A stretch of 64,000 nt of DNA from Octopus vulgaris (GCA_951406725.2 OX597821.1:31620001-31684000); one strand, 5' to 3'. Positions 11,945 to 25,118 are shown, numbered from the stretch's first letter. A program made the numbers and translations. The notes: generated from the sequence alone by a model not told the origin.

Positions 11945-13516
11945 TACAGTTAATGTATTTGGTACAATGAGTTATATATTAGCGTGGTAGTTTAGTAATC
12001 TTACATAGATTCTTACAAGATAGGAAGTCCTCCTATTTTAAAATAGTTTTATTTTTGCTTTACTTGCTTCTTTCTCTGAGCCTCTTGCTCATATATGTGC
12101 AGCAATAGTGAATGACTCGAAAAACCTACATTTACAAGTCTTTTCTTTACTTCGTCAAAACTGTAGCAATTTAATTTAGCACAGAAATTAATGAAATTAC
12201 ATAACGTTTGATACTTTCTAACACACTCTGATTTAAATAGAAATGAAAAGAGTGGTATTTACTATTTAATGTTTTATAATTTTGTTATGTGTTAGAATAC
12301 TCACTGTTTTAAGCGAATCATTATCAAAATATATCTTCTGAAAGGAACACCTTTTTGCATTAAGCTTTTCACGAATATATCTTAAACCGGAGCATGTAAA
12401 TGCTGCATTGATAAACTCCTGTTCCTTTGCACTGACAACACAACTACAGCTTCGTGCATGCTGCAATACCTTGCATTTTTGTGAAACTTTGCTATTATGT
12501 AAACTGCTGATAAAGTGAGAGATGCGTACGCTAGCTAAATTCGACACAATTTTGCTGAACCTGCTGAAGAAAATCCTTTAGTGTCAAGCACTTTGATTAC
12601 ATTACATATAAGATGTTCGGGGTTTAATAAACATTCTTCGGAGTATCTCGGCCTCGCTTTTCATTGAGGTAATGTGTTTTAGACGATGATTAAATATATC
12701 TGCAGTGTAGTCCAGTAATTTGATTAGAAATCGATTCTCATAAGACTCGCTTTCTGTTAGAAACAAACGACAAATACGCTAACCGATGTCTGTTAATTTA
12801 TCTGAAAGAAGGTATATAATTACTGACCCCCTACGCCAACCGGAACCAATCTACAATGTATTTTCATCTGTTGCTTTAATCTTGTGAGAAACACACGATG
12901 ATTGTGCTCTGTATGGCGCACATAACTAGTATTTTTCTTTGAATGTTTGTATAACTATAGTTTCTTTTCTTTGTCTATTACTATTGAAAATGGATCCATG
13001 TATCATCCACGGGCATATCTTTTCCAATGATTATATAATATATAATTAATAACAAGCGTCAGTACTCATGTAATGTCCTCAGTCAGGTTTTAGGAATTCC
13101 GTTTAAAACCTATTTGAGCATAAGTTATACTCCTCTCTCATCTTCATTTATTTTCATCGGTTGCTTCAGCATTTATTTCAAACTCAGTCTATCAATCGAT
13201 AAACAACTCACGTAATCAGGAGTTTGGACAATATGTAATAATATGCAAAGCTATTTGTTATGCTAGACAGTGAGCGATGCCTCCAGAAATATGATTTGTG
13301 TTATTTCCTTTTCAGTAATATTTTCCGCCACTTTCCAAACGTCACTTTATAAAATTTTAATTCATCGAAGGTACTCCGAATTGTTATGGACCACAACATT
13401 ATTTCGACTTGTAGTAATCAGTTTATCCACAGTTTCCTGATGTAATTCAAATAGACATCCTTCTAAAAAAATTTTATGGGGTCGTCGTGTGTACCTATCT
13501 TTGCAGGTGCTGAACA

Positions 13517-13919
13517 TACTCTTTACACTTTTACTCTTTTACTCCTTTCAGTCATTTGACTGCGGCCATGCTGGAGCACCGCCTTTAGTCGAGAAAATCG
13601 ACTCCAGGACTTATTCTTTGTAAGCTTAGTACTTATTCCATTGTTCTCTTTTGTCGAACCGCTAAGTGACGGGGGACGTAAACACACCAGCACCGGTTGT
13701 CATGCGATGTTGAGGTGACAAACATAGACACACAAACACACATATACATATACATGACAGGCCTCTTTCAGTTTCCGTCTACCAAATCCACTCACAAGGC
13801 TTTCGTCGGCTCGAGGCTATAGTAGAAGACACTTACCCAAGGTTCCACGCTGTGGGACTATACCCGGAACCATGTGGTTGCTAAGCAAGCTACTTACCAC
13901 ACAGCCACTCCTGCGCCTA
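13517..13919 (-). mobile_element. Full-length tRNA-derived SINE, family A
   Basis: Minus-strand head GGCGCAGGAGTGGCTGTGTGG with B-box-like motif, internal microsatellite and tail ggcggtgctccagcatggccgcagtcaaatgactgaaa. Matches other copies in the window. Confidence 0.92.
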
Positions 13920-15326
13920 TAGATAATTAGCTTTTATTACCCTTGCCCTACAGCTGTGGATGATAACACTTCGGCCATTCAAAGACAACTAGTACGCTGA
14001 AAACTACTTCTGCAAAAGCGAGAGAAACCTAAACGTATCTAAATCTTTTTCTTTTTGTTAGCACAATCATACATAACATCTCCGCTGCTCCGCCTCCTAT
14101 TGACTTAAAATTTGTCGAATTAAATTTGACATGTAAAGCTATAGAAACTAATTCGGAGACATATGCTGTTCAACCAATGATTGAAGTAAAATTGTACGTT
14201 TAAAGTTTCATTTAGATCGTTCTGATATACACTAGCGAGGGCAAGACTAGAACAGTAGCACTTTTCCAGATATAATTGCGGATGTAAAGACCATTTTGGT
14301 TGCTCGTTTGATTAATGACTGATTAGAGCATCCTGAGGGACGTTCTGAACGACATGCCTAACGAAACATTATCATGCAAAGTTTCAATAGTACGGCTCAC
14401 CAAATGATGAACCATGTTTCATACGGTTGTGCATGATTGGAGTAAAGGAAAGTGGAATTACTGTGTACTTTACATTGCATATTCAAATTTCAAGTTGATC
14501 ATGTCGTAGTTCAACATTGGAAGCTTTCTTGGGTCTAGGTCTACACTTTGTTAATTCAGATTATTCCCAATTTATTCAATAGATTGAAGACTTTTTGCGC
14601 CGTGTTTTTAGTTCTCTTCTACTAAATAAATCATGGTAGGTTTAGAATTCGCTATCCAAACAAGTTTTAGTCTCTCTCATATCAGATAATTTTTTGTATC
14701 GTCTATTGCCAGCTGTATGATAAATTACAGTTACTTTCAAGAGACGTGTACATTTCAGATATTTATGCCTGGGAAGAATATTAAACCTATAACACGCTTT
14801 CTAGTTTCTGTATTCGGGAATGACACAGAATGACCTGCTTAATCTTCGAGACTAGAATATAAAGAAAACCATGTAATTGAATAGTGTGGCCTTCTACACG
14901 TTATAGATGTAAATCTTGGAAAATAAGTTACAAAACTAATCAATGTTATGTTGGAAGGTAATAGCAATTTAGAAGGTAAAACAAAATAGCAGGAAGCATA
15001 TAATATGCTGTTGATGCAATGTTTCAGTGCTTAGTGATAAATTCGAATGATTTCACTCGATGCAATTATACAAATTAGAAAACTAAAAAAAATGTCCATT
15101 TTCTAAATAAGGAATATGATATGCGTAAACTCTAGTAGGCAGTAGTTAATATCAATAAGATAAGCTATAAAACCTAAGACATAACATTTTTAGAAAAGGC
15201 ATTAATACACGACTACCGACAAAGGCAGCAAAATCTTTGCTTACAAATTGGCTAAAATCTTGAAAATTTCATGTTTCAGATATATGGGCAGAAACATTCC
15301 AATTTCCTCCCCAACATTTTTTCATA

Positions 15327-15468
15327 TACTCTCTTTTACTTGTTTCAGTCATTTGACTGTGGCCATGCTGGAGCACCGCCTCAACAGAATTTGAACTCAG
15401 GACATAAAAACGGACGAAATGTAGCTAAGCATTTTGCCAAGCGTGCTAACGATTCTGCCAGCTCAACC
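15327..15468 (-). mobile_element. SINE family A tail fused to a SINE family B head
   Basis: 15327-15382 matches the family A tail; 15383-15468 matches gaatttgaactcag..gctaacgattctgccagctc. Confidence 0.75.
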
Positions 15469-16099
15469 CTACCAGTTGTCGCTTCACATGAGTGTTTTTT
15501 CACTTATCTTGCGATAGAAATCTAAGAGGAATTCACTTTATAAATCTGGCATATGTTCTTGGAACTTAGAAGATTAGACTGTCGAAACAATGTGGTTGGC
15601 TTCTCGTGCCAGTAGACATTGCATCTCCCATTTCCGTAGCAGTTATCGGATCCATGCATTTCTCTCCTTCCGGTGGCGATAATTGCAGCAGACCATGGGG
15701 TTAGGTGTAGCAATCTGTTTTACCCTCCGCAAAATATGTCGTTCCAATCAGTCGAAGAAAGAGTCGCTTGCAACAGAGAAGCACGAGTTAAAACCAAGCA
15801 ATGGATTTGATTCCAAGTGCGTCTCCACCACTAGCTTTAGTTCTGAAGACACTACCTTCGTGCTTTGCTCTGAAGACTTAGTCGACAGTAAATTTCACCG
15901 CAAATTTCTAATCTGTAACAATGCCTTTCTTAAACGTTATTTCAAACGTTCTAACTTTCCTTTTAGTCTAGCTTTTTCTATGACTAATTCGATAAATACC
16001 TTATCGATTCTAATTTAATCGCCTTTTTCAGTAACGGCTGCCTATGTCAAAGCGTAGAGCTTCCTTGCAAGTGGTAAACTCTCATGTAAACTGAAGGAT

Positions 16100-17105
16100 G
16101 GAATACTATGTATTATTCATAGAGAAGGAAGCAGATGCTAAAAGTTATAGACATGTCTCCCTGACATCACACATAAGCAAAGTCATAGAATGAATTGTCC
16201 GAAGGAAACTAGTTTCATTCCATGAAGAGAATGACTTACTACCTGACACCCAGCACAATTTTCGACCAGGTATGAGCTGCTAGACATAGATCAGGCAACG
16301 CTACGAATGGTGTTGTGTTAAGGTAGCTGTTTAACAATTCAAATGTGGACGTGATATATATCGCGATTTTGCAAAAGCCTTTGTTACATCGACCAAGGGC
16401 ACCAGCTACGTTATTTGTGGCATAGTCAGAAAACTTGAAGAGTGGTTACATGACATTCTAAAATACAGAAGTCAGGTAGTGGTGACCAAAAAGCCGCAAA
16501 TAGATTGGTGTCCAACTGGGTACTCTCTTGGAGCTACATCATACGCACATCTTCCCAGATAGACACACTTGCCAGCTATGCAGATGATACAAAAGTCGCT
16601 TACAGGATAAAGAACGTTGATGTTTGGCAACTTCAACAGTACTTCGACGCAGTATGTAGGTGGGATTAAGACGGTAAGGTGTACTTTAATGCTGGAAAAT
16701 TCCAAGCCTTCAGCTACCACCAGAAACTGAAAGATATGCAGACTCCATACACTACCCCGAGAGGAACTATAAACCCTTAAACACAATCAGTTCGTGACCT
16801 AGTTATTGATATAAGTATCGATGCAATAAAATGCAGAGGGCTGACCGAATGGATCCTTATAGATTTCAGAATGAGAGAACAACAAACAATGATGGTCCTT
16901 TCGAGACAATTTTTCCTCAGCCCTTTAGACTGCTTCTCCTAACTATAGTCACCATACTATGTAAAATTAACGACGGAACTCGAAGCAGCAAACCGACTCA
17001 ATGCAACATGACAGGTACTGGTAAAGACTGAAAAAACTCAAGTAGTGAAAGTATAGCAGAGATAACGGTGGTACTCCATCGTGGCCGCAGCTCTCAAGCT
17101 GAAAC
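16100..17105 (+). mobile_element. Highly decayed CR1-group LINE (RT region and 3' tail)
   Basis: Fragments YRHVSLTSHISKVIE, QHNFRPG, VDVIY..DFAKAF and YADDTK. The 3' tail matches 23746-23784. Confidence 0.8.
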
Positions 17106-18067
17106 TGGTAAAGGAAAATATCATCGCTCACTATGACAGATGGATTCCGCTTTCGATAATCAGTTACCTAACTAAGATGACTGTCTAGTTCGGCTGTACA
17201 GATTACAAACTTGTGGACCACGTAGCCAACCACAGTTGAATATGAACAGCCTATGCATTCGGCATCTATTTCTCAACTTATCTGGATAATCCACCTATAT
17301 ATGATTTGGTATATTGGTGACGTATTTCAATGACAAGATCGCAATATTGCAAAATGCTGCCGTTTATTGCCGTGCAGTGTAAACTATCTGAGCAGTGCCG
17401 TCAGAATACTGCATGCCCTTCAACAACTACAGTCTTACACAGAAAATATTGAGAAGTCTCTCGACAAGATAGTAGTCACTAGAAGAAATCTGACTACATG
17501 AACCATGATTATAGATATTTAATATTATGAAGCTAAAGCCTTTGCTTCTTATCATGATTAGTACTAATATCATAGCTTTTGGGTACAAGGAAATGGCCAG
17601 TAACGCGCGGTCCAACCATTTCAGAAATACACAAAGATTGTGCCTTACTTTTGTGGTCGATATGCAGATGCATGCATATAGCAGACTCAGAAAGTGAGTT
17701 TGAATCTCAAAGCGGCTCAGAAATTCTTATCCTACAAATGGCTACACTTCTGTGCATAGTGACCTGAGATGGTTGAGCCCTAAATCTTGGTTACATGCAC
17801 TTAGAAGCTGTGCAAAGACAATAACAATAACAACAACGACAATAATAATAACAACACATGTAACGATACGACCAGTAAACAAGTGTCACCTTAGTCTGTT
17901 GGCTGTGGAGAGCAAACACTTTTTATCACACCCAGCAAAATAAGCTGGGAGTTTTCATCAAATAATAATAATAATATCACTACTTGCATGTAACTTTAAA
18001 TAACCTACATGAACTCCCATATCGTTTGCGACGAACAATCTTTATTAATCCGTTTAGAATCTATACA

Positions 18068-18230
18068 TATAATGAGAATTTACAAAAAAGACGAAGACGG
18101 GTGTGTGACCAACAAACAGATCTATTAGTTTAACGCTCGAAGTGAGAATGTCTTTTACGTTTCGAGCCTACGCTCTTTGACATAAAGGAACACAGGAAGA
18201 GAAAATAGAAAAAGGTTTAGTGGCTGAGCG
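18068..18230 (-). mobile_element. Short hammerhead-like element, family C (decayed)
   Basis: Homologous to 23807-23970 and 31925-32090. Minus 18152-18187: CTTT-ATGTCAA-a-GAGC-gtag-GCTC-GAAA-CG-TA-AAAG. Confidence 0.65.
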
Positions 18231-18409
18231 ATTCTTTCTAGTATATTTTATTGTCTTGGGATTCACGGTCAAACGGCTGGGTGGAATTGCGCGAAAAATG
18301 ACACAAATGTGCAGAATAATACGGTGGTGTTGCTGGGCTCTGCATTTTTTCATAGCTCCCATGGTTACCGAGATAATCTACTATAATAATACTTTTCTGT
18401 TTAGGAATG

Positions 18410-19077
18410 ATAGATGAATAAGGAATGAAAAAGTAATGTCATACTTGGTAGTGGGATGATGAAAATTGCACGCTGAAAAAATAAATCAAATAGCGTTTCA
18501 ACTCCGTGCATATGTAAAGGGAGGGTATGTGTATGTGTGAGTGTGTGCGTGTGTGTTTGCTTGTGTGTGTGAGCGTGTGCGTGTGCAACGGAAGTGGGAT
18601 GGTTAACACTCAACGCTGAAAAAAACATCAAACACCGCTTCAACTCTGTGTATTTGGTATTTACTTATCAGTTCTTGTACTTATTCATGAATAGCTTTAT
18701 GTGGCCTTAAATCGGACAAGAAGGAAGAAAACTGAAAACTTCATTGAATCAGTCAAAGGATGTTAGTTGCCGATAGATTTTTCCCAAGTTTGGTAGTAAA
18801 AGAATTATTAAACTAAAACCTTAATTTTGTACTTTATCTAAAATAACAATACGCTTGCGTTTTTCTCTTCACAACGTATAAATGAGAAAGGAAGAAGTGA
18901 TAGACGGATAAAGAAGGAAGAAGTGAAGGAAAATTCAGTAGTGAGATGATGCGAACTGTACGGTGAAAAAGGTAAATCGGAATTTCAATTCTGAGTGAGT
19001 TTATGTGTGTGTATGTAAGAGGGAGGTACGTGAATGTTTGGAATTTTTGTTTTGTGTGTGTGTTTGTGCTTGTGTGC

Positions 19078-19130
<53 letters not shown>

Positions 19131-19511
19131 TGTGTGTGTGCGTGTGTGTGCGTGTGTGTGCGTGTTTGTGTGTGTGTGTGTGTGTGTGCAATCGAATTGG
19201 AATGGTGAACATTCAACGCGGAAGAGAAAAATCAAACAGCATTTCAACTCTGTGTATTTCGTATTTACTTGCCATCTACCATACTTAGTCACGGTCAGCT
19301 TTATGTGGCCTTAAGTCGGACAAGAAGGAAGGAAAATTTGAAAACACTTTTGAAGGAAGAAAGCAGTCAAATGATGTTAGTTGTGGATAGATTTTTCACT
19401 AAAAATTTAGTAATAAAAGAATTATTAAACCAAAATCTTGGTTTTGTACCTTATTTGTATATAAAATACTACAATTAACCGTCATTTTTGACTACACGCG
19501 GCCCAGTTAGT
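18410..19511 (+). mobile_element. Non-autonomous Helitron-like relic, partially duplicated
   Basis: 19288-19430 translates to [29 protein letters not shown] (PIF1-family helicase motif VI, Helitron C-terminus). A second decayed copy lies at 18690-18815, and a weak GC hairpin precedes TTAGT at 19478-19511. Confidence 0.7.
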
Positions 19512-20169
19512 TTGTATATAAATGCAAGATGCAATCCAATATGTTTGTAACTAATATAAAATTGTCTCTTACCTTCGATTGCTTGAAGCAAGAAGTAGAA
19601 TCAGATTTTAAGCATAACATAATATTGCTTATAGCATTTAGAAAAAAAACATCCGTTTATATTCGGTTATTCGTTTCTTCTCTGAATGTAGTAATCGTAC
19701 ATTATCACCTTAAAGCATTCTTCGAAAATATGGCAATATTTCACCGATATTTTCCCCCGTGTTTTCATTCTACTATCGTCGCTCAAAATGTTTCATAAAT
19801 ACATATACAAAGTTTTATCTAAGTTTTATATTGAGGAGCTTACTTTCAACATCTTTATTAGTGTATATTTGGTCGATTTCATGATAACCACTAAAATATA
19901 ATCTGCAAGTTGTTGGGTTCACGACAAAAACTTTTCAGTCACACTGACAAATGTCATATGGATAGTAGACGAATCTTAGGCTTCCAATCAAAATCAACTA
20001 TATTCATGTTGTCTTAAACAGATACTCAAAAGTCCTTTCGATTCATATATCTGGTTTTCAATGAAAGCGCTTCGATTATACCAGGTAGGTACTGTAAATT
20101 TAGGGTGAATACTTGATAAGTGTAAGCACATGTATACGCCAGCTAGTAGCAGAGGTGGGAGGGTATATG

Positions 20170-20322
20170 TATCAAATGAAATCAAAAACGGAACACAAAG
20201 GATGTCACGGTACACGTGTTTCAAGCTTTATAAACGAGTTTCAAGGTTTCAAGGTCGCTTATAAAGCTTGAAACACGTGTACCGCGACATCCTGTGTGCT
20301 CTGTTTTTGATTTCATTTGATA
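20170..20322. repeat. Fold-back inverted repeat containing the 3' half of a hammerhead in each arm
   Basis: Arms 20170-20237 and 20255-20322 each carry GAAA-CACGTG-TA. The CUGANGA half is missing at the inversion point. Abuts (TA)n. Confidence 0.7.
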
Positions 20323-20384
20323 TATATATATATATACACGCACACACAAACACCCACACACATATACACTCATATACTCCCCAC

Positions 20385-20418
<34 letters not shown>

Positions 20419-20509
20419 ATAATAAATATTAAGGGAATAAATCTTATATTCCTCCCCACCACTACAAACACAATACCACTATAAAATGGGTCAAAACGTC
20501 TCTAATTTA

Positions 20510-20548
<39 letters not shown>

Positions 20549-21210
20549 CTGTATCGCCAATCATGATGGCGATACTTATTACACTATAACCGTTGAATAA
20601 CTATAACACATATTTCGAAGAAGGATAAGAACATCGTAACAATAAAACATACTCCATGAACTATGCACTAACCAACAAACGATATTCGGACTAACTACCA
20701 AAACGACACTTTACGACTTCCTGCGATTAAGGCGTACTTTGTACCCTATCTCACTCAGACCACTACTATTTATGTCGTCTCGCCAGTCTATCCTCGCAGG
20801 GGGTGTCGTGACACTCACCGCAACATCTCTACTTTTGACATTTCGACTTCCGTTTGAAACGAAATATATTTTCATAATTGTTTTTGTTTTTCTTTGCAAA
20901 ACCTCTCCTTTTTGAGATTTTCATTCCCTACCAAGTTCAATATCTTTTCCACTTAGGTATTATTTCTAAATGTTTAATCTCTTTATGTTTTCTATTACTA
21001 CTCAATCCCTTTTGGCGCTGGCGCATGGGACATGTTGTAAAAGACTTACATTGGAATTTCCTCCCTTTGTTCCGTATGTCTAGTCTTTAATTGATTTAAA
21101 TTTCCTTGATGCCTCCATCGTTAGCCTTTTATATGTATATGCATATATTTATATATTATTTATATTATTATATGATCGAACGCCACGCATCCTTTTCCAA
21201 GTTATATTCT

Positions 21211-21650
21211 AGTGGAGTTTTCAAATCAAACTAAGTTCCTGTGTGAAAAGTTTTGACCATTTTATACTGGTATTGAGTTTGTAGTGGTGGGGAGGAATAT
21301 AAGACAGTACAAGAGGGTGATGGATGAGGAGCAAGTGAGAGAGAGAGAGAGCATGTGTGTATGTGTGTGCGTGTGTGCGTGCGTCTAGAGCAAAAAATAT
21401 TTTCTTCTTCTTCCCTTTCCCTTCACCTCTTTTTCTTTAGCACTCATTCCAAATACAAAAGCACGCACACACACACTCACGCACATACACACACACACAT
21501 ACACATGCTCTCTCTCTCTCTCTCACTTTCTCCTCACCCATCACCCTCTTGTACAGTCTTATATTCCTCCCCACCACTACAAACACAATACCACTATAAA
21601 ATGGTCAAAACTTTTCACACAGGAACTTAGTTTGATTTGAAAACCCCACT
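21211..21650. repeat. ~175-bp inverted repeat (fold-back)
   Basis: 21211-21382 is the reverse complement of 21461-21650. A third partial copy lies at 20443-20498. Confidence 0.88.
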
Positions 21651-22259
21651 ACAATGGGAGAAAGCGTTAATACATGATCTAAGTTATATGATGTATAAAA
21701 AATGTAATATACAAATAAATATCTGTAAATATAAACCATCCGATTTTCTGAGTACCTCATTTCTTATATATATATATATATGTTTGGTTTAAATGGCTGT
21801 TATATGTGACTGTGGCTTGAAAATAGTGATCAGCTCTACTTCCATCGCCTTGATTTGGTCCCATCTAATTAACTTCTATTTCCCAACATAAAAAAACCAA
21901 CATGCACTTGGTTGGGAATAACTAACGTGTTGACGTTAACGTCATACCTGCTGTTGACTTGACAGACCAACAGGAGCTCTATTATCCTTCGAGACGAAGC
22001 ACTGCAACACCACCGTTGGAACAATTGTGTGGATCCAGTATGAACAATGTTAGAAAAAATAGACCTCATTTGGCCATTTTCCACGAGGGGATCTTGCGCA
22101 GCCGCTGAAAGTTTCAGCCTACACACGTAAATAGTAAAATTAGGTATGTAATACTATACGAATGAAATAAATAGTTCTGTTTCAAATACAATTAGAAATG
22201 AGAATATCATTGATCATTTATGATATATCATAAGCATTGCAAATTTAATATGTGTATAT

Positions 22260-22582
22260 GTACATATACACATGTGAATGTACATGGCTCAGTGGTTAGA
22301 TCGTGAGGTTGTAAGTTCGATTCCCGGAGCGGGCTATGTGTTGTGTTCTTGAGCAAGACACTTTATTTTACGTTGCCCCAGTTAATTCAGCTGTAGAAAT
22401 GAGTTGTGACGTCACTGGTGCCAAGCTGTATCAGCCTTTGCCTTTCCCTTGGACAAAATCAGTGGTGTGGAGAGGGGGGGCTTGTATGCATGGGCGACTA
22501 CAAAGAATCTTGCCCTGACTTGGGCTTGGGAGGGTAACTCTCTAGATGTAATCCCATGGTCATTCATGACCGAAGGGGGTCT
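22260..22582 (+). mobile_element. tRNA-derived SINE, CORE-like family
   Basis: A box TGGCTCAGTGG, B box GTTCGATTCCC, then gttgtgttcttgagcaagacacttta. Confidence 0.8.
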
Positions 22583-23087
22583 CCTTTTCCTATGTATATA
22601 TTGCGTATAGGTCTAATTTTATATGTGTAAGAGTATTTGTGTTGTAGCTTATTTCGTGAAAAATGAAAACGTAATATTTTAAGATATATAGATACAAATG
22701 AGGCCATAAATCAAATTGTGTCAGAAAACATAAGAAAAAGTAATATTAAAGTCATTTTTAATTTTGTTGAATAAGAAATCTATTTATGTTACGTGTATAA
22801 GTGTCTGTGTCAATGAGTATATGTTTGAATTTACAAGTATGTATAAACAAACACATAAAGAAACACACATCTATATCTATTCATCATTAATCATTTACTT
22901 GTCATGATGGGGCATCGACATGAACACTTTCAGACTCCGGTACTTTTTTTAAAAGACTGGAACATATTCTATCGTGTCGTTTTGCTGAAACTGCTAAGTT
23001 CCAGAGATGTAAGCGTACCAGCACTTGCTGTCAAGCGGAGTGTGCGTGCGAGGAGTGAAATCCAGACAGGAAGACGCACAAAAACAC

Positions 23088-23172
<85 letters not shown>

Positions 23173-23182
23173 GTGTATATAC

Positions 23183-23217
<35 letters not shown>

Positions 23218-23237
23218 TATAGTTATATATATATATA

Positions 23238-23784
23238 CCAGTGTGAAATTAACAGCAGACCTTGAAGCAATCCAGAGAAGATTCACAAAGAAGATCGTCT
23301 CTTTGCAACAGCTCAGCTAATGGGAAAGGTTGAAACAGCTAAGACTCTACTCCCTGGAGAGAAGACGAGAGAGGTATGCAGTAATATATGTATGGAGAGA
23401 TCCTGGAAGGAATTGTGCCAAATTGTGGCATTGTAAGCTACACCAATGCTAGAACGGGACGACACTGCATAGTGCCAAAGATCCCAGCAATACCATCACG
23501 CTTCTGCAATAGTCTGGGTTTCAAGGGCCCACAGCTTTTTAATATTCTCCCAATGAGTCTGAGGAACTTGCACAAAGTAGATGTAGCGGTTTTTAACTCA
23601 AAGCTGGACATCTTCCTGTCGAGAGTCCCAGATGAACCTACCTCACGGCTAGAGGTGCAAATGAGAGTAGCTATAACAAACTCCATTCTTCACCAAGTGC
23701 CACATATTAGAGGAGGTTCTTCGTAATAACAGTGTAGCACAAAATGGCGGTGCATCAGCATGGCCGCAGCTCTGAGCTGAGACA
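23238..23784 (+). mobile_element. 5'-truncated CR1-group LINE 3' end
   Basis: [58 protein letters not shown], followed by a 3' UTR and tail. Stop and frameshift present. Confidence 0.88.
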
Positions 23785-23806
23785 ATATATATATATATAT
23801 ATATAT

Positions 23807-23970
23807 AGGGAGAATTTAGGAAATAAACAACAAAAGACGAAGACAGGTGGTGTACAAAACAAACAGATGTATTAGTATAACGCTCAGGAATAGAAAAAAA
23901 GTATTTTACGTTTCGAGCCTACGCTATTCTACAGAAAGGTACACAGAAAAAAGAAGAGAAAGAAGGAGAG
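23807..23970 (-). mobile_element. Short hammerhead-like element, family C, adjoining (TA)n
   Basis: Minus 23903-23938: CTTT-CTGTAGA-a-TAGC-gtag-GCTC-GAAA-CG-TA-AAAT. Confidence 0.65.
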
Positions 23971-24049
23971 AAAAATGAGAGTATCATTGATCATTTATGA
24001 AATATCACAAGCATAGCTAATTTAATATGTGTACATACATACATTCATA

Positions 24050-24205
24050 TACGACGGGCGTTTTATTTTTTTAATTTTTCCCTCTACAAAATCCACTGAC
24101 AAGGCTTTGGTCGGTCAGATGCTATAGTGGAAGAAATGTCATCAGGGTGCCACGGAGTAGGACTCAACACGGAACTATCTCGTAGGGGAAGCAAACTTGT
24201 AACCA
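24050..24205 (-). mobile_element. SINE family A 5' fragment
   Basis: Matches the acgacggg..caaatccact..aaggctttggtcgg block of family A. Confidence 0.75.
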
Positions 24206-24441
24206 CGAGAGAGGAAGGGGGAGTTTTCCTAATCCATGCATGCGCAGGAATGGGAATTATTTGTATACATGTTTTGACGTCATTGGCTTTCATAACCGTG
24301 CAGTTTCTTGTGATGCCAACGGATGATGTGTATGGCTCTACAAAGCACAGCCCTTGAGAGAAAGGACATTATCATTTGGCAAATATTTTGTGTGCTACTT
24401 TCTTTCTCTTGCCCATACATTGCATATACGGATATTATATA

Positions 24442-24804
24442 CTAGCACTATGACCCGGCAACGCCGGGTCATAGTGCTAGTGCATGCATATACAGCTGCG
24501 TGCGTGCGCACATACACGCGAGTACTGTCCAAATCTCCGACCAATCACACACAGCTAGCTGGCATTCAATTGGCGTATCAGGTTTCGGGCATTTTGATTG
24601 GGCTTTGGATAGAAAATTCACCAAAACTCATTTCTATTGATTTTTTAATGGCTTTGCGGGGTGACTGGGGAAATGTAAAGATGTGCACGACTACCCTTGG
24701 ACGGTTTTACATGACCATAGAAAGTGCGAGCCCTCTCACTGAAAAGTTTTGGATTTGTATAAAGGACACACACGCAGGAATTTTGCCGTTTATATATATA
24801 AAGA
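24442..24804 (-). mobile_element. Non-autonomous Helitron
   Basis: Minus strand starts TCTTTATATATATAAA and ends with hairpin gacccggc-gtt-gccgggtc plus CTAG. Lies between A and T, no TSD. Confidence 0.78.
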
Positions 24805-24806
24805 TG

Positions 24807-24837
<31 letters not shown>

Positions 24838-24848
24838 ATAACATAAAT

Positions 24849-24893
<45 letters not shown>

Positions 24894-24896
<3 letters not shown>

Positions 24897-25085
24897 TTTA
24901 TTCAAAGCAGCAGAAAATTCAGCAAAATCTGTTACTCTGAGTTTCTCGTTGCCGTTCATCAAACTGTCTGAGGAACGGCAACGAGAAACTTAGAGTAACA
25001 GATTTTGTTGAATTTTCTGCTGCTTTAAATAAAGTATTTGAGTACTCTTTTTTACCACCTTGTTTTACATTTATGTGTTTACTCC

Positions 25086-25087
<2 letters not shown>
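24894..25087 (+). mobile_element. Miniature fold-back hammerhead element, family D, inside (TA)n
   Basis: Arms 24894-24960 and 24970-25036, followed by a tail ending ttactccgg. Homologous to 30884-31112. Confidence 0.82.
24964..25001 (+). ncRNA. Minimal type I hammerhead ribozyme
   Basis: CTGT-CTGAGGA-acg-gcaa-cga-GAAA-cttagag-TA-ACAG. Helix I CTGT/ACAG, GUA triplet, helix II only 2 bp in this copy. Confidence 0.7.

Positions 25088-25118
<31 letters not shown>

Noticed and set aside
12266-12547. ORF faintly resembling a hAT/TTF zinc-finger region
   Set aside because: Too little motif conservation and no termini found.
15522-16018. Non-repetitive ORFs of 63 and 111 aa
   Set aside because: No recognisable domain or splice support.
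17110-17800. Possible decayed minus-strand LINE (LLYA-like motif)
   Set aside because: Only one weak motif.
20545-22140. Further microsatellite-flanked segments (20545-21130, 21780-22140; also 31180-31600 and 31645-31780) that may be old members of the HHR class
   Set aside because: Some terminal motifs are present but no credible ribozyme could be folded by eye.
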